From Promethearchaeota archaeon (lineage in GTDB: Archaea; Asgardarchaeota; Lokiarchaeia; Sigyniarchaeales; SOKP01): a stretch of DNA of 13,226 bases. Made by a program: the position numbers and the translations under genes. The stretch spans positions 1 to 13,226 of the forward strand of contig JBHLON010000062.1 of NCBI GenBank assembly GCA_048940445.1, in the 5' to 3' direction. Numbering within the stretch: position 1 is the stretch's first letter; every line of letters begins with the position of its first letter. Shown here piece after piece: positions 7,957 through 13,226 of this stretch. A model generated the notes under the pieces. The model saw nothing but the letters and a program-made list of their open reading frames with translations, was not told the origin of the DNA and ran no database searches.

Positions 7957-8526
7957 ATGAAAAATATATTATGTTATATATACAAAAAATTTGTAGATTT
8001 TGAAACTGTGTTTACTTGTTCTTACTTGAATGAAATGCAAGATTATAATCTAATATATATTGCTTATGATAGGAATCCAGTGATAAGTTCAGGAGGTCTA
8101 AAGATAATCCCGGATAAGACTGTCTCTGAAGGATCTAATGTGGAAGAAGTTTATGGTCTTTTAATACCAGGAGGATCTGAAAGAGAGCTCAAACCAGAAT
8201 TAATGTCATTAATTCAAAATCTTAATAAAGAAAAAAAATTAATTGCTGCCATATGCGCAGCGCCTGAGTTTCTAGCTAAAAGTGGTATACTTAACGATAA
8301 AAAATATACAACTACATTAATGCCTGAGTACTATGAAGAGAAGAAAGAAGTCGATCCATTTCCAAGGAACAATTATGTTGAGAGTAGATTAATAAAAGAT
8401 TCAAATTTAATTACTGCTAAAGGTCACGCTTTTATTGATTTTGCTCTAGAAGTTTGGGATTATTTTGGATTATATAGTAATAAATCAGAATTAGAGCAAG
8501 ATAGAATACTCCTAACTCCTGGTTAA
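7957..8526 (+). CDS. DJ-1/PfpI family protein (class I glutamine amidotransferase-like fold)
   Basis: FVDFE (conserved Glu), SSGGLKIIPD, LLIPGG, nucleophile elbow IAAICAAPEFLAKSG, and NLITAKG. ATG at 7957; the ORF track uses TTG 7936. Confidence 0.9.
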   Translation: MKNILCYIYKKFVDFETVFTCSYLNEMQDYNLIYIAYDRNPVISSGGLKIIPDKTVSEGSNVEEVYGLLIPGGSERELKPELMSLIQNLNKEKKLIAAICAAPEFLAKSGILNDKKYTTTLMPEYYEEKKEVDPFPRNNYVESRLIKDSNLITAKGHAFIDFALEVWDYFGLYSNKSELEQDRILLTPG

Positions 8527-8534
8527 GAATTGAA

Positions 8535-8572
8535 TCTTTTTTTTTACCTACTTTTTCTATCTTTTTTCTTTT
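8535..8572 (+). terminator. T-rich tract, probable archaeal-type terminator for the + strand operon
   Basis: Several T runs immediately after the DJ-1 stop codon, in a convergent junction. Confidence 0.4.
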
Positions 8573-8636
8573 GTATTACTCTAGCTAAACCAGACTATGT
8601 TTTAGGAAACAAAATAGGCATTTTATCTAGAAATTA

Positions 8637-8714
8637 CTACAATCGTCTAAATATAATATCATCCTCTTCTACTTTTACTATATCACCTATCTTAGAATTT
8701 TTCAATATTTTCAT
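8637..8714 (-). CDS. Possible 25-aa peptide or gene remnant MKILKNSKIGDIVKVEEDDIIFRRL
   Basis: Manually translated, directly downstream of the MFS gene on the same strand. Protein-like composition and a double stop (TAG TAA), but no SD. Confidence 0.25.
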   Translation of the reverse strand: MKILKNSKIGDIVKVEEDDIIFRRL

Positions 8715-8751
8715 TTTCAAATTGATTTAGTTTTTTAAATTTAAGAGGAAA

Positions 8752-10041
8752 TTAGACTGAGATGTTATTTATGTTCCCGCTGATTTCTTCAAGTGCCTCC
8801 TGACTATCCATATCGACTTTCCTAATACCCGTAAAACTCCAAAATCCGATAGTGCAGATCGCTCCAATCAATCCACAATAAAAGAACAAAGCCGGTATAC
8901 CTAAAATAAGCGCTAGTGGTCCTGCAATTATTGAACCTACTGGTGAAATTGCTGAAGACAAAGTATTATCAATGGAAGTGATCCTCCCAAGTTTATCTGC
9001 TGGAACCGTAGTTTGAATAAATGTTTGATAGAGCGAATTAACAATTGGTAGATTGAAACCCAATATAACACCCCCAATACCTATTATAAGAAAATATCCT
9101 GGAGGAGCTAAACCAAACATCATATACCCTAACAAAGCCAATATAAGACTAATAAAAATTACACGAATCTTATTGTTCCAATTTTTTTTAATTGAAGTAA
9201 ATAACGCTCCCGCAATCATACCGCCAGTAAAAAACATTTGTACTATTGCTATCGCTACTTCTTTACCTCCATGAACATCAATAATAAATAGAGCAAGAAG
9301 AGAATCAATTGGTCTAATTAAGAAATTCAAAAGCATCGAAAGTATAATTAAAATAACTAATCCGGGAATAAATTTTATTGTTCTAAACCCTATTTTAAAC
9401 TGCTTTATAAAGGACCCTTTACTTTTTTCTTTTTCAGTACTCATTTCTTGAACAGAAGGTATAGTAATTAATAATAAAGGTACCAGCGCTATAAAAAACG
9501 TAATAACATCTACCCAGAATATAAGATAAATTGATGAAGAAAAAATTACTAAAAAAATTGCTGCAACAAATGGCGCGAAAAATTGAACTACTCCCGTAAA
9601 TAAAAAATTTATTCCATTTATTCGTGATAAATTATCTTTTGGTACCATGGTAGGTATAATCGCATTTACTGTGGGTACATGGAATGCCTGACAAATACTT
9701 CGTAAACTAATAAAGATATAAACTATCCAAAAATTTGCTAATCCAAATTGAAATATTAGTATCAGTAAAAATGTAACAAATGCTTCAGAAGAATCTGCGA
9801 TAATAATCAACCGTTTTCGATTAATTCTGTCTGCAATTACACCAGCAAAAGGCATACAAATAGTCATCATTAATATGTATAAAAAGGAAGCAGTTGAAGA
9901 AATTACAGGATTGTTATATACTTCTGCAATCCAAAATGTTAATACAAAAAATACGACCATCGATCCAAATAGAGAAAATAATTGACCGCTCCAGAAAAAC
10001 ATGTAATGCCCAAAAGTCTTCTTTGTAGGAGTAACTTCCAT
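8752..10041 (-). CDS. MFS transporter, MefA-like (DHA3) efflux family
   Basis: FWSGQLFSLFGS, motif A GVIADRINRKRLIIIAD, RSICQAFHVP and QTTVPADKLGR; about 12 TM segments. ATG at 10041 after GTGAGGAG, which overlaps the upstream TGA stop. Confidence 0.92.
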   Translation of the reverse strand: MEVTPTKKTFGHYMFFWSGQLFSLFGSMVVFFVLTFWIAEVYNNPVISSTASFLYILMMTICMPFAGVIADRINRKRLIIIADSSEAFVTFLLILIFQFGLANFWIVYIFISLRSICQAFHVPTVNAIIPTMVPKDNLSRINGINFLFTGVVQFFAPFVAAIFLVIFSSSIYLIFWVDVITFFIALVPLLLITIPSVQEMSTEKEKSKGSFIKQFKIGFRTIKFIPGLVILIILSMLLNFLIRPIDSLLALFIIDVHGGKEVAIAIVQMFFTGGMIAGALFTSIKKNWNNKIRVIFISLILALLGYMMFGLAPPGYFLIIGIGGVILGFNLPIVNSLYQTFIQTTVPADKLGRITSIDNTLSSAISPVGSIIAGPLALILGIPALFFYCGLIGAICTIGFWSFTGIRKVDMDSQEALEEISGNINNISV

Positions 10042-10054
10042 TCCAAAACCCTCC

Positions 10055-11026
10055 TCACAATTTATCAATTAGTTTAAATAAAACTGTGATTACTCTCTCT
10101 GAATCTCCTTCAAATTGGAAGACTCCTTCTTGTAAAGTGCCTTCTATACCTTCTGCAGCTAATTCATAAATCATGTTTTCTGCTTCCTCTTGAGGAATGT
10201 TTAAAACTTGAGCTAATTTTTCTATGGGTATTGAATTCTTGAGTTTAATTAACCCTTGAATCCTCTTTTTTGCTCGTTCCTTATCTGATTGCTCAGAAAT
10301 ATCAATTTTAATTCTCGTTCCATGCTGTTTACTCTTGAATTTCTTATCCATCTCTTTGCCTATACCTTCAATACCAGATTTTTTAACGGCTTCTTCAATT
10401 CTATCTCCTAATTCATTTATACCACTGCCTTCAAAGGCTTCTTCTAAAATTGGTCCAAGCTTTTCTAACTTTCCAATATCTCCAATATTATTTTTTACAA
10501 ATTTCATTGATTTACGAACTAGCTCTGAAACTGAAGCTCCTAATCCTTCTGCCCAATCTCTCCATTCATCACTTACGTCAGGATCAACAGAAATGTTTAT
10601 TCTAGCAGCTTTCTTTGCTGCTTTCTCTACTTTCTTCTTAACTTTTTGGTTAAATTTATCCTCATGAATATCAAGTTTTTCTCTTAATTTCTTAAGTTTC
10701 TCCTTTGCATGCTCGATCCGATCTCGAGCAGACTCTCCATACTGTTCTAACTCTCCTTTGATATCTCCAACTTCTTCTAATAGTTCTTCTCGTTCTGACA
10801 TAAGGTCTTCTAATTCATCTCTTAAATCGTCTTTCACATCCTCTGCCTCATCCTTAATGTCTTCAATAGCTTCTTTTAAATCATCGTGCAACTCATCTAA
10901 TTCGAACATAAGCTCATCTCGTAGATTATGTAATTCCCAAATTACCTTTCCTGCATCTTTATCATCTTTACTTTTATCTTCCTTTTCATTTTCTTTTTTT
11001 TCATCCCATTTTTCATCAAAAGACAT
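10055..11026 (-). CDS. Acidic coiled-coil + ribbon-helix-helix + C-terminal PCI/winged-helix-like domain protein
   Basis: D/E/L-rich helical N-terminus. RHH-like RINISVDPDVSDEWRDWAEGLGASVSELVRKSM. C-terminal IQGLIKLKNSIPIEKLAQVLNIPQEEAENMIYELAAEGIEG. ATG at 11026 after GAGG. Confidence 0.75.
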   Translation of the reverse strand: MSFDEKWDEKKENEKEDKSKDDKDAGKVIWELHNLRDELMFELDELHDDLKEAIEDIKDEAEDVKDDLRDELEDLMSEREELLEEVGDIKGELEQYGESARDRIEHAKEKLKKLREKLDIHEDKFNQKVKKKVEKAAKKAARINISVDPDVSDEWRDWAEGLGASVSELVRKSMKFVKNNIGDIGKLEKLGPILEEAFEGSGINELGDRIEEAVKKSGIEGIGKEMDKKFKSKQHGTRIKIDISEQSDKERAKKRIQGLIKLKNSIPIEKLAQVLNIPQEEAENMIYELAAEGIEGTLQEGVFQFEGDSERVITVLFKLIDKL

Positions 11027-11136
11027 AATAAAACCTCTTTTAATCAAATTTTTCTAATATTTAATAAAATTTTTTTACATATTTACTTAAATCTAAAAAT
11101 CTTTTTACTATTTCTTGCAAATTAAATTCACTAATT

Positions 11137-12246
11137 TTATATTTTCCATTTACCTTCTTCATAAATTACTTGGCCATCCGCTAAAACTTTAGAGCCAGGT
11201 ACTTTCATATCTTTTAATATATCCCAATGTATACCACAATCATTCTTGGAACCTAATTCTTTAAGTCCAGCTCCAAGAGCGCAATGAATCGTACCTCCAA
11301 GCTTTTCATCAAAAAGTATGTTTTTAGTAAATATAGTGATTCCATAATTCGTACCAATAGCAAATTCCCCGAGTATATCTGCATTTTCTATTTTTAATAT
11401 TTCATCCATTAATTCACTGCCTTTATCGGCTGAAAAATTCACTACTTTTCCATCTTTAAATTCTAAATAAATATTTTGAATTTCTCTTCCTTGAAATATC
11501 CCTGGATATGTAAATCGAATATGACCATTTACTGAATCTTCTATTGGACTAGTACAGACTTCACCGTCGGGTAAATTTAAATGACCACAATCATTTTGCC
11601 AAAGCCTACCCTTTATTGACATAGAAAGATTTGTATCCTCACCAAGCACTTGGATTTTATCAACTTTATTCAAATAATTACAAAAATTTTCTTGCTTTTC
11701 TTCTACTCTTAACCACTCTTTCACAGGATCTTCTTTATCCAAGTATAATGCTTTTTCTATAAAATCAAAGTAGGAAAACAAATCCATATTTGCCTCTTGA
11801 GCCAACGAATCACAAGGATAGGGTACAATTAGATATTTTAATTCTTTACTTCCAATCCTCTGCATTAGGATATTCCAAACTTCTCTATTAGCGGGTGATC
11901 CTTGTGATGTTGCTATTAATTTTGGATCAACCACACCTAATTTTCGAGTATTATAATCTCCAGATATTATGATATAAGCATCAAATTCTTTAAGTAAGGT
12001 TTTTACAATTGGATCTACATATTGTAATTGTTCCTCTGATGCATATTTATATCTTAATTCCGTGACTCCTTCAATCCCCACAAGTAATAGAGGATGAGCT
12101 CCAGCTTTAATTGTTTCGACATATAATGTTTGGAAGAGATCCTTTGCTAAGGCTGGACCAGAAATACATACTCTATCTCCTTTTTCAATATTAGTTGAAT
12201 AATTGATTGCTAAATTAGCTAACTTTTCATAAAATGGGTTAATCAT
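11137..12246 (-). CDS. Aminopeptidase, thermophilic metalloprotease family M29 (AmpT/PepS-like)
   Basis: NLPDGEV, GEFAIGTN, ILFDEKLGGTIHCALG and IHWDI motifs. AAGGAGG RBS. Confidence 0.93.
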   Translation of the reverse strand: MINPFYEKLANLAINYSTNIEKGDRVCISGPALAKDLFQTLYVETIKAGAHPLLLVGIEGVTELRYKYASEEQLQYVDPIVKTLLKEFDAYIIISGDYNTRKLGVVDPKLIATSQGSPANREVWNILMQRIGSKELKYLIVPYPCDSLAQEANMDLFSYFDFIEKALYLDKEDPVKEWLRVEEKQENFCNYLNKVDKIQVLGEDTNLSMSIKGRLWQNDCGHLNLPDGEVCTSPIEDSVNGHIRFTYPGIFQGREIQNIYLEFKDGKVVNFSADKGSELMDEILKIENADILGEFAIGTNYGITIFTKNILFDEKLGGTIHCALGAGLKELGSKNDCGIHWDILKDMKVPGSKVLADGQVIYEEGKWKI

Positions 12247-12268
12247 CTTTTATTATTCCCTCCTTATT

Positions 12269-12952
12269 TTAATCTATTAATTCTTCTTCTTTAATTTGGA
12301 CAGGTTCATTATTAAGGACCGCATTATCATCAACTTCAATAGAATCAACATAATACACCGTTCCTAAAACTTCCGTCTTAGGTCCAATATATACATTCCG
12401 ACCTTTTACATCTTTTTCTACAAGACTATTGATTAAATTAATTTTATCTCTTCCATAAACGCTTCCATATACTTTATTGGGATGCTTATACATGCTTCTT
12501 TTAGTTAAACCTTTACGACCTAGTGAGACGTCAAATCCATTGACATCACCATGAATTGTAGATGATCCCGTAATTTTTATAAGACTCTTTGATTTAAGGC
12601 CGCCTTTTACATGGGTTGAACCTGAGATTCTAATTCCTTGAACAGCCTCAAGATTATTACCTACCCTCAATGAGCCAGAGTTTTCCAATTCCCCCTTGAC
12701 TATTATCTCTCCTTCTATTGAAGTTGTACCCGAAGATCTATAATTGCTGTCTCCATAAAGTGCCCCCATCAATCTAAATGAACCAGAAGTGTCCATTTCA
12801 CCATGAACAATCAAGTTTCCTTCCCCTCTCAAAGAACCAGAAGAATGAAATCCTTCACATTCAAAATTCCCTTTTAGTTTAACTGAACCAGAAGCATTCA
12901 GCTCATCGTTAATCCTTCCTTCAGAAAGGGTTCCTGATCCCGATATTCTCAT
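12269..12952 (-). CDS. Bactofilin-like polymer-forming beta-helix protein (CcmA/COG1664, Bacillus YhbE/YhbF-type)
   Basis: Periodic (I/T/S)SGS..(L/V).G.L repeats of about 17-18 aa. C-terminal VKGRNVYIGPKTEVLGTVYY. GGAGG RBS. Confidence 0.78.
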   Translation of the reverse strand: MRISGSGTLSEGRINDELNASGSVKLKGNFECEGFHSSGSLRGEGNLIVHGEMDTSGSFRLMGALYGDSNYRSSGTTSIEGEIIVKGELENSGSLRVGNNLEAVQGIRISGSTHVKGGLKSKSLIKITGSSTIHGDVNGFDVSLGRKGLTKRSMYKHPNKVYGSVYGRDKINLINSLVEKDVKGRNVYIGPKTEVLGTVYYVDSIEVDDNAVLNNEPVQIKEEELID

Positions 12953-12963
12953 TTTCTTCCCTC

Positions 12964-13050
12964 CTATCTGATAATATAATTAAATCTTATATATTCATAT
13001 CTAATATCTAAATCTTTATTCCAACTTTCTTTCTTTTCTTTTCTCTTCAT
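12964..13050 (-). CDS. Unannotated 28-aa micropeptide MKRKEKKESWNKDLDIRYEYIRFNYIIR
   Basis: Manually translated. GGAG with a 9-nt spacer (GGAGTTAAGTGAA-ATG). Its TAG stop overlaps the bactofilin gene's RBS (TAGGAGG). Confidence 0.55.
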   Translation of the reverse strand: MKRKEKKESWNKDLDIRYEYIRFNYIIR

Positions 13051-13142
13051 TTCACTTAACTCCAAACTATTTCCTTTCTTAATTTTTATTCTTTATACAT
13101 TAATTTTAGTTAACATAAAAAAAATTTAAAAAAAAATTATAT

Positions 13143-13226
13143 TTAATGACACATTGGGCCAGCTAGCGCTCGATTAATAGCATTTCTGGCCTTACTCTTC
13201 TTATAATATTCATAACTATTTTCCAT
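13143..13226 (-). CDS. 27-aa ORF, or 3' end of a longer gene: MENSYEYYKKSKARNAINRALAGPMCH
   Basis: Open frame from the window edge (ATG at 13226) to TAA at 13143-13145. Higher GC than its flanks, followed by long T-runs. Upstream context is outside the window. Confidence 0.55.
   Translation of the reverse strand: MENSYEYYKKSKARNAINRALAGPMCH

Noticed and set aside
8530-8730. 66-aa + strand ORF
   Set aside because: TTG start with no RBS. The Phe/Leu richness comes from terminator-like T tracts.
9053-9274. 73-aa + strand ORF
   Set aside because: Antisense shadow of the MFS gene.
8752-10041. Calling the MFS gene mefA (macrolide resistance)
   Set aside because: Family resemblance only; the substrate cannot be inferred from sequence.
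10335-11057. 110-aa and 99-aa Ser-rich + strand ORFs
   Set aside because: Antisense shadows of Glu/Asp/Lys codons in the coiled-coil/RHH gene.
13157-13191. GGCCAG...CTGGCC hairpin as ncRNA or SECIS
   Set aside because: Short 6-bp stem inside an open frame. No SECIS core was recognised, and no in-frame TGA selenoprotein candidate was seen nearby.

Overview
AT-rich (about 30% GC by eye) prokaryotic window with GGAG/GTGAGGAG ribosome-binding sites. Its gene content suggests an archaeon, probably Asgard/Lokiarchaeia-like (inference): an SBBP beta-propeller surface protein, a tandem wHTH-TPR protein, ATC-hydrolase-like paralogues and a PCI-like fusion protein. The left part holds a 7-repeat membrane-anchored beta-propeller protein, a small membrane protein, a muconolactone-isomerase/YciI-like protein and an ATC-hydrolase-family protein. 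In the centre, a divergent promoter carrying direct and inverted repeats separates a large 2x winged-helix + TPR regulator from an 86-aa protein plus an unannotated 23-aa peptide. The regulator is followed by a radical SAM protein, a second ATC-hydrolase-like protein and a DJ-1/PfpI protein. The right part is a minus-strand run: 27-aa ORF (at the window edge), unannotated 28-aa peptide, bactofilin-like protein, M29 aminopeptidase, coiled-coil/RHH/PCI-like protein, MefA-like MFS transporter. The most notable signal is a two-part module seen twice: a protein with an SK[SA]R..I.R motif followed by an RBS-led M-x-[KR]-K-E-K...Y-I-[VI] micropeptide. One copy lies divergent from the HTH-TPR protein, which is a candidate, unproven, archaeal peptide-receptor regulatory system. 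No rRNA, tRNA, CRISPR array or transposase was recognised.
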